64,000 nt of DNA, taken from positions 832,001 through 896,000 of the forward strand of contig CAWKHF010000005.1 of the NCBI GenBank assembly GCA_963849325.1, given 5' to 3'. The position numbers and the translations under genes were made by a program. The stretch is from an uncultured Planctomycetota bacterium. Its GTDB lineage: Bacteria; Planctomycetota; Planctomycetia; Gemmatales; Gemmataceae. The first letter of the stretch is position 1, and each line of letters opens with the position of its first letter. Shown piece after piece: positions 25,154-35,778 of the stretch. The notes below the pieces were generated by a model. The model saw nothing but the letters and a program-made list of their open reading frames with translations, made no database searches and had not been told where the DNA came from.

Positions 25154-28054
25154 CTAGCCTCCTGGATGTCTGGCGTGCGGCGGTGTCGGCGTGGGCGTTG
25201 GCGTTGGCGTTGGCGTTGGGGTCGGTGTCGGAGTAGGTGTCGGCGTCGGAGTAGGTGTCGGCGTCGGAGTAGGTGTCGGCGTCGGAGTAGGTGTCGGTGT
25301 CGGCGTCGGTGTCGGTGTCGGTGTCGGCGTTGGAGAGCCTGGATGTCTCCCGTGTGGAGGCGTCGGTGTTGGTGCCGGCGTGGGCGTTGGAGTGGGCGTC
25401 GGTGTCGGAGTCGGTGTTGGGGTGGGCGTCGGAGTCGGTGTCGGGGTGGGCGTCGGTGTTGGTGTGGGCGTCGGAGTCGGTGTCGGGGTGGGCGTCGGTG
25501 TCGGAGTGGGGGTTGGGGTCGGCGTAGGAGTGGGTGTCGGCGTGGGTGTCGGGGTCGGAGTAGGCGTCGGCGTCCCGGTCACGGACACGTCATCGAAGAC
25601 GAACCCCTCCTGCAAGCCGGAAGGGCCATCAAAGTGGAAGGAGTCCTTATCGAACTGTTGGAACTTGATCTGCACGTCGTTGCCCAGCGTCAGGCCGTTG
25701 CTGGCGGCGAAGGCGCTCAGGTTGATGCTATGCGACTGGTAGGAGCTGCTGGTATTGGCGCCGGACAAGCTGATTAACGGAAACCAGGTGGTGCCGCCAT
25801 CGACGCTCAGCGACACGCCGTCGCCGTCAACGTGGCCTGTGAAGGGGTTGGCCGGCAGCGGGGTCGTCGAATCGGGCGGGATAGTCTTCGAGCCTGCAAA
25901 GGTGGCAAGGTTCTTTTCGTTGAACGACAGCGCCAGGTTGGTGTCGCCGGTGGCGTTGACGTGCAGGATGGCCTCGTTCAGCACCGGCTCGGTAAAGGCG
26001 TTCGATGCCCCGTCCATGGTCAGGTCGAACGTATCGCCGATGGGGGGATTGTTCGCCGTGGTCACTCGCGTTCGGCCGGCGCCGGCGTTGTAAACTTGCC
26101 AGTCCTGGCCGAGGGCGCCAGAGGCGAAATTGTCGGTGAAGTTCGGTGTCGCGGGGATAGGAGTCGTGGGAAAGACGGCCCGATAAGCGTCGATCAGACC
26201 GTGGCCAACGATGTTGGGATTGCCCGGCGTGACGTTGAAGTTGTCCGCGCCCGAGTTGATGCTGACGTTGGGGTCGGCGGTGCTTTCCAGGCGAGCGTCG
26301 ATCTGTGCCGGTGTGAACATCGGGTTGGCCTCCTTGACCAGTGCGGCCACGGCGGCGGCGTGCGGCGTCGCGGCGGACGTGCCGAAGAAGGTCGGGAAGC
26401 CGTTTGGCTCGAACTGAGTCGTCCCGAAGAAGGTGGTGCTGACGCCGTCGATCGCCATGATGTCCGGTTTGTTGACGACCTGCGGCATCGCCAGGGGCGT
26501 GCCGTTGGCGGCGAACAGAAACGTGGCCGGACCCAGGGAGGTATAATTTTCCGGAGTGTGCTGATCGAAGAACGGCGCCGCCGCCACCGCCATGGCGTTG
26601 GGGTCCGCCGCATGGGGAATTAGGGTCGGACTGTTGGTGGCGAAGTCGTCGAAGGTGATGTTGCCGAAATCGTTGGCGCCGTAATTGACGTACTTGAGCG
26701 TGCTGGGGGTCGGCCCGCCGTTGGCATTCTGGATCACCACGTCGTAGGTATGCGTGGCGCCCGTGCTGTTCGTAAACCCGAGGACTTGCAGCGGTTCCTG
26801 CGTGCTGACGGCATTGGTCGTGCTGGAGGCGACAACCGCTCCCGTGCTGTCGTCGAGGACATAGAAGTTCAGGTCCGTCGTCACTCCGTTGGCGGTGTAG
26901 AACGGCTGGGCCCACTGCAGGTCGAGAGTCGCTCCCTGGCCGGCGGTGAGCGTGATCTGCTGTTTGTCGGTGGCCGTCCCGCCGGGGTTGAAGTTGTAAT
27001 AACTGCTCGAACTGCTGGAAATGGTGGGGATGGTGTCGGTCATGAAGGAGACATTCGTCGATTCGTAGGCCTGGCTGCCGAGGTTGCCGGCGAGGGAGAA
27101 GTAGGTCACGCCCTGGCTGGTCACCGTGTCGATGGCCTGGCCGATGGGGCCTTCCTGGAAGTAGGGTTCGTCGAAGTAGAAGGCGTCGTCGGCGAGGATG
27201 TTGGCGCCGAAGGTATTGGCCAGCGCTTTGATGTTCTGGGCGAAGGCGAGGTCGCCGCCCGCGGCGGTGGCGAAGCCCAGGGTGGCGCCGGGCGCGACGT
27301 CGTGGACGATCTGCAGCATGGCGCGGCCTTCGTCGGTGCCGCCGGTGAACGGGTCATCTTGCAGGACCGTCACCCCGCTGGCGGGCAGGTCGCCACTGGC
27401 GATGTCGGCGGAGGCGCCACCCTTGGCGTTGTAACTATCGCTGAGGATGCCGACCTTGACGCCGCTGCCGTCGTAGCCGGGCGTGCCGGCGTTGACGCGG
27501 TCGGACTCCAGTACGTTGGCGCCCTCGCTGGTCACCTTGCCGACGGCGGTCATCGGTTTGTAACTGGGCAGTACGCCCATCAACCCCTCGGGCGCCAACT
27601 GCGACGTTTGCAAGATCGACAGGACCGGCAGGTAGCCCTGGATCAGATGATCGCTGGCGTCAGCGACGCGGTCAACTGGAAGCCGAGCGATTGCAGGCCG
27701 GACAGGAGCTGGTTGACGTTGGTGGCCGTGATGTTGACGGCGACGCGGCCCTGGCTGTCGTACAGGAGCAGGTTACTGGTCCCCGCCGGATTGGCCGACT
27801 GGCTGTTGCTCGACAGCCCCACCCCGCCGGCCTGCTGATACAGGCTCAGGAGAGTCGGATCGATGTGGCTGATGGCCGGCGTCGTCGTAGTGGCGGCTGG
27901 CAGGCCGATGGGATCGGTGGACGGTACTACTCGCGCTTCCAGGATTTCCAGATACAAGCTGGCGTTGCCATTGGTCGCGGACAACCCGGCCACGGCGACC
28001 CATCGAGGCCCGCGATTGTCGTTTCAACCAGCTCCGGAATGGCGAGAAGAACAT
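25154..28054 (-). CDS. Exported S8/S53-like serine peptidase, copy 2, with Pro-Thr tail and no Ig repeats (frameshifts ~27960, ~27640)
   Basis: Same motifs as copy 1 ([34 protein letters not shown]); collinear paralogue. Confidence 0.88.
25180..25575. repeat. Coding hexanucleotide repeat encoding (Pro-Thr)n
   Basis: About 400 bp of degenerate 6-nt units. Confidence 0.95.
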
Positions 28055-28163
28055 GGTGCGATTTCTCGGTAGAGGGAAGGTCCAAGGTATCCTCAATCGG
28101 TGCGGCTACGCCGCCGAGCCGATTGAGCCGAATGCGCTTCTTTTCGATCTTTTATGTGTTTTG

Positions 28164-28192
28164 GTTCTAAGGGACGGAAAAGGAGGTGTCAA
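28164..28192 (-). promoter_or_regulatory. Sigma70-type promoter of peptidase copy 2
   Basis: Minus strand TTGACA-17 nt-TAGAAC, homologous to 24917-24945. Confidence 0.6.
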
Positions 28193-28525
28193 GCAAAAAA
28201 TGGGCAAAAGAGGCAATGGCTGAGCTTAAGTCAAGCGATGGTCGCTCTTCGAGGGCGTCCCGAAGGCGCTGGCCTTCGTTCTCCCGTTTCTTCGAGATGG
28301 ACCTTCGGTAAACTTCCGCATCGACGGACAACAAGGGTGATGCCGTCGAACGGCACCTGTCAGCAGCCGGCTCACGCGAGAGAGACATGGAAGTCCGAGA
28401 AACCCTCCGCGTGGCCGGTCTGCTGAAGCAAATGGTTCGGCTCGAAAACCCACGATATCCTCTTTTTCGTTCCGATGTCCCCTTTATTCGTTCCTGGGCA
28501 AGAGTATAGAGCGACTCATCGCGGT

Positions 28526-28792
28526 TCAACTGACGACGACGGTGCCGGCCATGCCGATGCCGCCCGGAGCACCATGCTGGCTGCAGTAATAGGGATAGGT
28601 TCCAGCAGTAGGGAACGTATGACTGTAAGTGAAAGGACTATCTTGAACACCCGAATCCCAACTGTTGTCATCCGCAGTGGTCGAGTGCCCAGAGCCCCTC
28701 CAAATCCACTGGACTGTATCTCCTGTGTTAATGTTCGCCTTTGGCGGAGTGAAGGCCATAGGATCATCAATATAGACCGTTGTGGTAGCCAT
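28526..28792 (-). CDS. Small cupredoxin (plastocyanin/amicyanin-like), no signal peptide
   Basis: GDTVQW...HS...YYCSQH.....GMAGTVVV type 1 copper ligands; AAGGAGG RBS. Confidence 0.88.
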   Translation of the reverse strand: MATTTVYIDDPMAFTPPKANINTGDTVQWIWRGSGHSTTADDNSWDSGVQDSPFTYSHTFPTAGTYPYYCSQHGAPGGIGMAGTVVVS

Positions 28793-28865
28793 GAGAAAAA
28801 CCTCCTTTAAGCAAGACAGAGGGACAGATCGGTTCAACGAGATAGCGAGCGGTGCGGACATCAAG

Positions 28866-31066
28866 TCACTGCCGCGAGTCAACAGGAACCCTCGGACTGC
28901 CGCTGACCGAAGGAGTTGGCTGAAGCGAAGTCCCTGTGACAGACTCGCGCCGCGGCGAAAGGTGTGCTCGAACCAGTCCAAGCAAACGTCGAGCGTCCGT
29001 CTCCGGTTGTTCAGTCACGGATTGCCAGCGCACTTGCCCGTCCGGGTCGATCAGGAACAGGGCGTGCAACGGTCCTTCTTCGTAACAGCCGTAGCGTCGA
29101 AAGACCAACAGAGCCGGATCGGCGAGAAGGGGGAAGCCAATTCCAAGTCGCTCGCTTGCCTTTCGGACCTCGGCCTCATCGGGCCATTGAGGACTGATGG
29201 CCGCAATCTCTACGTCCAGAGTATGGAACGCGGGGGCTGCTTTTGCCAGGGCGGCGAGTTGCCGGGAGCAGTGTAGGCAGCCCATGCCACGGTGGAAGAC
29301 GAGGAGCAGATGATGTCCCTTGAAGGCTTCACAGCGGAAACGGCGGCCATCAGTCGCCTGCAAGGCCCATTCGGGGGCGGCCTGGAGTAGGTTAGGCAGG
29401 CCCCGGACATGCGCCTCGGGGTTTGTGGGTCTGGCAGCTCCTTTCGGCATGATCTGGATGACCTGCATCATCCCCTGGTCCTCATGGTCGAGATTGTGGC
29501 AGTGGAGAACCGTCTTCCCGGAGAAGTCCAAGAAGCGTGCTCGAATTTTGATTGATTGCTTATTTTGCAGCAGAATGGTATCGCGCCAGACCCATTCCAC
29601 AGTCCCATCCGGGAACGAAGCCTGAACCTGGAACGGATTGACGTGAATGTGAAAAGGGTGCGAGTCCAACTCCGAAGTGAGCGTCCATTCTTCAACCGCG
29701 CCGAGTTGAATCGTCTGATCGATCCGATTTTCATTGAAGGTTTTGCCGTCGACGAAAAACTTCCACAGACCCTCGTGCCGGAACGTCACGGTTCGCTTTC
29801 CGGTAATTGTTTTCTCATCAATATCTTTGAGCTGAGGGTGCTTCTTGTCGATCAGGTCAGTCACCCAAGCCGTCATCTTTGCGGGGTTCGGCATAGGCAT
29901 GTCGCCTTTCTCCCCTTCGACAACAACTTTGGCGAGCATGTGCGCTTGAACCGTGGCTCCCCGAAACGCCGTCTGGGCGTTTCCTACTTCGTTGTAAAGG
30001 CAATACGTGCCAGGTGTGAGACTTGCCTTCACCAGTACGTCGATCCGGTAAGCGGGTTCCAACTCGGCGCGCGTAAGCGTATGCATTTTCTTCAACGGGA
30101 TTCCGTCGAGGGCAATGGCTGTCAGCGTGTGGTCCTCCAAGTGGACGTGGATAGAGGTATTCAGCCCGGCATGAATCATCCGCCAACGCTGAATTTCTCC
30201 GGGACGCATCGTGATGACGGGCACCAGTTGGCCGTTGATAAGCGTCCTCGACGTTTTCGGCGGGGGGTTGGGAGGGAGATTGAATCCGGTGTAGATGTCC
30301 TGAGCGAAGATGACAGCCGGCCGAGAAGGGACCGGTCGATAAGCCATTTGTTGAAAGACCATGACGCGTCCTCGACACCGCGCAGGCCCTCGTAATCATC
30401 GAGCCCCCCTCGACGATCAAGGCGCCCGCCATCCCATTGGAGAGTTGAAGTGCCACGGAGCCATGCTTGTGCGCGTGATACCAAAAGGTTCCCGCGGGGT
30501 GATCGTCGCGGATGTCAAACGTGTAGGAGTATTCTTTTTTGACGAAAGGATCGATCTTCAAAAAGACGTTGTCGCTCGGCTCATTTGGCGTCACGTGCAG
30601 GCCATGAGTGTGGAGGTTCGTCGTGTTGAACCCATGCGGAACTTCGACGGCGTGGTCATTCTTTGGGTCGAGAAGAGGGTCGATGTCCGCCGAGGTCACA
30701 GGCAGGTTGTTCACCAGATGGACGAACAGCTTGTACCCGGGTCGAGTGCGGATCACCGGCCCGACCAAGGAACTGTTGTAGGAGTGGTGGCGGACTTGAT
30801 CCTTGCCGATCGTTGACACGGCCTCCTGGACGCTCAATTCGACCACCGTTCGTTTGTTCGCCGGAGAGTACGTCCTCGGTTCCACCCAGGTGGGATCTTC
30901 GTCCGTTACCGGGCAGGCGGTTTGGGCCAATCGTTTCGCCGGCACCTCGGCCTTTTTTGGCTCACTCTTTCTCGCATCCTTCTGATTCGCTGACCCAAGA
31001 AGTCGCGGCACCTCCCAGCGTCACTCCAAGCAGAAGGCTCAGGGATCCGATCGCTTTGCTCTTCAT
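28866..31066 (-). CDS. Multicopper oxidase fused to a C-terminal AhpC/TSA (thioredoxin-fold) domain (frameshifts ~31000, ~30400)
   Basis: TNLHTHG, WYHAHKHG, HPFHIHVN and HCHNLDHEDQGMM; then APEWAL...FHRGMGCLHC...FPLLADP...HALFLIDPDG.VRW. Hydrophobic N-terminal signal from ATG 31066. Confidence 0.88.
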
Positions 31067-31189
31067 ACGTATTCCTTTCAGAAGCCGGCCCGTATGATGC
31101 ACGTTCACCAATTCACCTTACGCCACGACTTGGCGTGGGAGTATTCGGTCTTGTCATGTGCCGTTTCCAACCCCTTCTCGAATGGCCCC

Positions 31190-32194
31190 TCACCGAGCAC
31201 GGGAACTCCCACTCTCATTGCGAACTAGCCCGCGAAACGGACGGAATCGCCAGACCGGCACCGCGAGCGGCCGCACGACCGCAAGAGGAGCGCTCGGCGC
31301 GGAAGCTGAGGTATCGTAGACATACCCAAGGGCGCGGTAGTCAAGAACATCAGCCGGTGTGACATTCGATGGAAACAGAGGCATGATGGAATGCAGGGAG
31401 ACTCCGGGGCGGCTCGGCTGTTCCTCGGCAGGCAAGTATGTATGCGAACCGGAAGCGTCTTGCCACTGAGCCCAAATTCGGTCAATATTGCTGTGATGGA
31501 GGAAGAACACGGGATCGTTCGGTGACGCTTGGCCCTGCATGGTCGCATTGTCCCCGCCTACCCAAACGTGGACCTGATTGTGCAGGCGAGGAAGCTGGGC
31601 ACCCCAACCTTCTAAATTGTTCCGGAAACTCTGGGCAATGTCCGAGGTCATGTCCCACGGACTGACATCGTAGGTGTCCAGCGCGAGGGCTCCCGCGACA
31701 TCTGGCTGCGTCGGCAAAGTCGGAGCTGCCTGAGACGAGCTGAACGCGCGTGACAGATAGTTCATACCGGTGTCGTCGTAGACAATGGGCCAATTGCCCT
31801 TATCGACTGCAAAGGGGCCGGTCATGACTTTGAGGTCGCTGGAACGACCATTGCCACCCATGAAATCATCGGCCCACAACGGTTCGCTCGCTCCCGCTGT
31901 GGGATCGGCCCAATCCCAGTACGGGATCGCCAGTGTAAGGTTGCCGCTGACGGCCTGGAGATCCAACTCCAACAATCGCACGTATTCTCGATGCCAGGGT
32001 AGGAACATCGGACTGATGTGCGCCCGCATCTGGGACATCGGCAATTGCATCATTTGCCAATGCCAATTGACGTAGGTATCGTAGTTCCTGCGGGTGGCGG
32101 GGTTGCCGTCTTTCTTGAGTTTGAGCAGTGCATCGACAAATGTCTTACGTTGGCTTGGAGAGAGGCTTCGATAGTTGACACGCTTGACCGCCAT
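31190..32194 (-). CDS. Tyrosinase (type 3 copper protein)
   Basis: CuA WH...AHISPMFLPWHR; CuB LHNQVHVWVGG...SPNDPVFFLHHSNIDRIW; no signal peptide. Confidence 0.93.
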   Translation of the reverse strand: MAVKRVNYRSLSPSQRKTFVDALLKLKKDGNPATRRNYDTYVNWHWQMMQLPMSQMRAHISPMFLPWHREYVRLLELDLQAVSGNLTLAIPYWDWADPTAGASEPLWADDFMGGNGRSSDLKVMTGPFAVDKGNWPIVYDDTGMNYLSRAFSSSQAAPTLPTQPDVAGALALDTYDVSPWDMTSDIAQSFRNNLEGWGAQLPRLHNQVHVWVGGDNATMQGQASPNDPVFFLHHSNIDRIWAQWQDASGSHTYLPAEEQPSRPGVSLHSIMPLFPSNVTPADVLDYRALGYVYDTSASAPSAPLAVVRPLAVPVWRFRPFRGLVRNESGSSRAR

Positions 32195-32390
32195 GAACTT
32201 GTCCTTTGTTGAGGACTCATTTGTGGAGGCCGAACGACAAGGAGCAGCAGCCAGCTCACGCGGGCTAAAGCGCTAACACTTTAGACTTCCATCGCGTGGA
32301 CGGTCTGCTGCTGCAATTGGTTCGGTTCAGTTCTTCAGAGCGTTTCCTTATAAGCCCTTCTTTTCCGACTCTTTCCTGAGCCGTTTCCTG

Positions 32391-32846
32391 TCAAGGGATG
32401 TCTTGTGGAAGATTGGGCAACGCCTCCGAAGTCCCAGGGAAATTAGCACCTGCTGCCGACGAAGTTGTTTGTATGGGACCAAAGTTGTTCATCACCTGAT
32501 TGATATCCGGCGTTTTGTGGTTCAACAGTCCAAAGTTGTTGGGACTGGAGTTCGGATCGTAGCCGGGGTAGTTCGGGCTTGGACAATAACACCAATAAGC
32601 CCCATTGGGATATTGGTTGCCCATGTCATCACTGGTTGGGTACGGAGTATAACAGAGGAAGTAGCTTGACAGCGAAGGAAGGGGGTAGAACACGACAAGG
32701 AATACGAGCCAGGGATCTTGTGGCCCAGCATTATCTGGTTTGTACCGGCACTGCTTACGGTAGTGATCCCCACGATTCTCCCACTGGTTCTCAAAGGTGT
32801 ACTGCATACGTCCTCCTACAAAGTCTTTTCCAAAAGACTCAGGCAT
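32391..32846 (-). CDS. Tyr/Pro/Cys-rich hypothetical protein upstream of tyrosinase
   Basis: 151 aa ORF co-oriented with the cluster; alternative start MQYTF with a GGAGG RBS. Confidence 0.6.
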   Translation of the reverse strand: MPESFGKDFVGGRMQYTFENQWENRGDHYRKQCRYKPDNAGPQDPWLVFLVVFYPLPSLSSYFLCYTPYPTSDDMGNQYPNGAYWCYCPSPNYPGYDPNSSPNNFGLLNHKTPDINQVMNNFGPIQTTSSAAGANFPGTSEALPNLPQDIP

Positions 32847-33196
32847 TAACCTACATCACCCAGCAAGACGCAGTTGAATGCCTGCGGCCACAAGGAACCC
32901 GGCTTTGTAGCCTGCACTGGGCTTTGGGCCGGAACAGAATTAGATCGCGGTGCGCGCGACCTAGCCAGTTACGCATGCTGATGGCCCACTGAATGTCTGC
33001 GGTAGAATCCGGTCCTATGCATTGGGTTTACCCACGATCGCCGACAAGCAATAGCGGATGCTTGCCGCTGATTCCACACAACTTGTCGCGGCGTTCCGGC
33101 GATTTCCCGAGAAACCGAGTCGAGTGTACTCGCTGCTGTCCAAATCTACGGAGCCGCGGATCAGCGAACGGATTGTCCCATGCAATCCGCCGTTGT

Positions 33197-33229
33197 CTAC
33201 TGTCGCTCTACTGTCGCTCTACTGTCGCT
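33197..33229. repeat. 11-bp direct repeat x3 (CTACTGTCGCT)
   Basis: Three exact tandem copies at 33197, 33208 and 33219. Confidence 0.9.
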
Positions 33230-33580
33230 CGTCTTGCGGTACTCCCAGGCCACGCCGGTGCCCTGGCGGATGACGTGGAAACGGAGCAGCGACACGCGCT
33301 GCCGCCGGTTGAGGTTCGTCACCGCCATCCGCAAGCGTTGCTTCGGCTCCTGCTCGTCTTTCCCCGCCAGAGGATCGTCGATGCTCCAACTCCAGTTGTC
33401 CTCCTGGAACGTCCGGACGATGATCTCCTGAGCGTCCGATTCCTGCGTGAAGCGTTTGACGAGCACGCCACCGACATGCAGCACGCGACGTTCTTCGTCG
33501 TAACAGGGCGTCTCGCTCCCACCCTCCGCGCAAACCGTCTTCGCGGAGGCCCGTTGGCCTCGATTGCGTTGCCCACTCAT
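33197..33580 (-). CDS. Small planctomycete protein with a possible winged-helix-like DNA-binding domain
   Basis: PCYDEERRVLHVGGVLVKRF...QE.I...FQEDNW...IDDPL...RLR.AV.NLNR.Q...F...G.GV.WE, a pattern I recognise from Gemmataceae proteins. The function is inferred. Confidence 0.6.
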   Translation of the reverse strand: MSGQRNRGQRASAKTVCAEGGSETPCYDEERRVLHVGGVLVKRFTQESDAQEIIVRTFQEDNWSWSIDDPLAGKDEQEPKQRLRMAVTNLNRRQRVSLLRFHVIRQGTGVAWEYRKTSDSRATVERQ

Positions 33581-33945
33581 GGTTGTCTCGCTGTCTGGGG
33601 ATGAAAAGTGCGAGGGGTTCAGATTCCTCTATATATTCCATCGAAATCGGCGCGCGAAATCGGACAAGAATTCCGACTATTTTTCCGATTTTTTCTCAAG
33701 TTGTTGCTAGAGACGAGAAAGGCTGTGCACTGAACGTATTTGCAGACATAAGCACGGAAGGAGATCACGGGTCCATTTTACGGGGAGCCGAGCGTCACGC
33801 GCGACGGTTGTGACGAGCGTGCTACGCGCTGCTTTCCGCTGTCTATGACCTTGCCGGCAAATCGCATTGCGACCCCCACCGTCGAAACGGCACAATCGAG
33901 TAAGTCCAGCGCCGGCATCGCTTCGCGGAACACGTGGGGGCAAGT

Positions 33946-34629
33946 GTGAACACCATCGCTGAATGCACCGTACCGGAAAAAATCCTCCTGGCCGCCTTCC
34001 AGCTCGAAGAACAGGGCCAATCGCCCTTCAGCGCCGAGGCGCTCATCGTCGCGGCCTGGCAGAAGTATCCGCGCACCTTCGGCCTGAAAGGCTACGACGA
34101 GCAGCACCCCGACTCGAACAAGGTGCTGGCCAGCATCATGGGCGAGAAGGGACTGACGCGGCGCGGCTGGCTCAGCAAGCCGGCCCAGAAGTTGTACGCC
34201 CTCACGCACGACGGCCGCCGCGTGGTGCGCCGCCTGCTGCAAGGCGACGACCAGCCGGAAGTCGTTCACAAGGACCGGCCCGTCAAGCTGACGAAGGAGC
34301 ACGACAAGCTGCTGCAAGGGCTGTTCGTCGCCTCGGCCTACGAGAAGTTCCGCGAGGGCCGGCAGCAAGAATTGACCTTCGCCGACGGCTGCCGTTTCTG
34401 GAGCATCACCGAAAACCTGTCCGGCGAGGCGCTCGACGCTCGGCTCGACCATCTGCGGGCGACGCTGGCCGAGGTCGAACGGCAGATCGGCCTGGGCAGC
34501 GCCAACCTCGGCGACGGCCACAACGTCACCCTCGACGACATCGGCCTGCTGTGCGACATCCACAACCATCTGCTGCAGCGCTTCAGCCGCCATCTCACCC
34601 TGTTGCGCAACCGGGCAGGGAAGTCGTGA
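33946..34629 (+). CDS. Hypothetical protein with a probable N-terminal winged helix
   Basis: Host-like codon usage; EKILLAA...FSAEALIVAAW..YP.TFGLKGY...HPDSNKV...LT..G. Confidence 0.7.
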   Translation: MNTIAECTVPEKILLAAFQLEEQGQSPFSAEALIVAAWQKYPRTFGLKGYDEQHPDSNKVLASIMGEKGLTRRGWLSKPAQKLYALTHDGRRVVRRLLQGDDQPEVVHKDRPVKLTKEHDKLLQGLFVASAYEKFREGRQQELTFADGCRFWSITENLSGEALDARLDHLRATLAEVERQIGLGSANLGDGHNVTLDDIGLLCDIHNHLLQRFSRHLTLLRNRAGKS

Positions 34630-35509
34630 CGGCGGCGTCCTCGAAGCGCAGCCGCGAGCCGGCCACGTAGTCGGCGTTGATCTCGACGCTCAGCCAGCGT
34701 CGCTCCAACCGCTCGGCGACGTGGCCGGTCATGTTGCTGCCGGCGAACGGATCGAGCACCAGTTGGCCCGGCTCGGTCAGAAAGCGGATGAAGAACTCCG
34801 GCACCGCCGCCGGGAAACGAGCCGGGTGGATCGGCAGGCCGGCGGCGCGGCAGCGGCGGAAATACTCGTCGCTGGAGCGCGTGTTCGGCACTTGCAGCAG
34901 GTTCGGCGGGATGGCGCCGCCGTTGTCGCGGCGAAAGTGTGGGCCAATGTCGTGCTGCGACGGCCGCTTGGCCGTCTGATAGCCGTCGCGCAATAGGCGT
35001 CGCATGGAACGGCTGTACGGCCGCAGCACACGGCGGTTGTCGGCGCGCGGCGACTCCGTCTTGGACAGCCACCAGAACGTGTTGACCGCGTCCTTGACGC
35101 GCGTGCGGCGAATCGTCACCCACTCGGCCGGCGTCGGCAGTTTGCTCGGGTTGTACCAGTAGAATTCCTGGGCCAGATGGAAGACGCGGCACAGGCGCAG
35201 GAGCAGTTCGTACTGGTACAGGGAGCGCGTGCCGCTGCCGCGGTTCCAGGCGCCGCCGAGGTCGAAGACGAAGCTGCCGCCGGCGTCGAGCACGCGCTGG
35301 ATCTCGACGGCGAACGGCCAGAACCACTCGACGTATTCCGACGCATCGACGTTGCCGTAAGCCTTGCGCCGCCGCAGGGCGAACGGCGGCGAGGTCAGCA
35401 CCAGGGCCACCGAATTGTCCGGCAGCTGCCGCAGCACCTCCAGCGCATCCGCTTCGTAGCACTCACCTTGGGCCGTGGTGTAGCGCGGCTCTCGTCCTGT
35501 CTGGATCAC
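34595..35509 (-). CDS. Site-specific DNA methyltransferase (beta class, N4-C-like)
   Basis: Motif IV LTSPPF near the N-terminus, HPARFP, motif I LDPFAGS near the C-terminus; GTG start with GGAGG RBS. Confidence 0.9.
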   Translation of the reverse strand: MIQTGREPRYTTAQGECYEADALEVLRQLPDNSVALVLTSPPFALRRRKAYGNVDASEYVEWFWPFAVEIQRVLDAGGSFVFDLGGAWNRGSGTRSLYQYELLLRLCRVFHLAQEFYWYNPSKLPTPAEWVTIRRTRVKDAVNTFWWLSKTESPRADNRRVLRPYSRSMRRLLRDGYQTAKRPSQHDIGPHFRRDNGGAIPPNLLQVPNTRSSDEYFRRCRAAGLPIHPARFPAAVPEFFIRFLTEPGQLVLDPFAGSNMTGHVAERLERRWLSVEINADYVAGSRLRFEDAAVTTSLPGCATG

Positions 35510-35560
35510 GTCGTTCCTCCTTGAATTCGTCCGCGCGCTAGCGCGAGAGCCAGGGGCCAT

Positions 35561-35622
35561 CTCTCCGAGCCTGAAGCGTAAGCGAAGGAGCATCCCTTCG
35601 CTTACGCTTCAGGCTCGGAGAG
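35561..35622. repeat. REP-like palindrome, family A copy 2
   Basis: Same arms as 25044-25103. Confidence 0.9.
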
Positions 35623-35778
35623 GAGTACGAGGCGCCCGCGGCGCGGTCCCTTCGTTGGGCAGAGTTATTGATACCAGCGGAGAGCGCGAAGGCGAAGGGG
35701 AAGTTGAGAGACGGGGCGATCCAGGATACAATGCGGGGCGTGTTCGCGTGGCGCGGCAGAGGCATGGAGGATCGGCTT

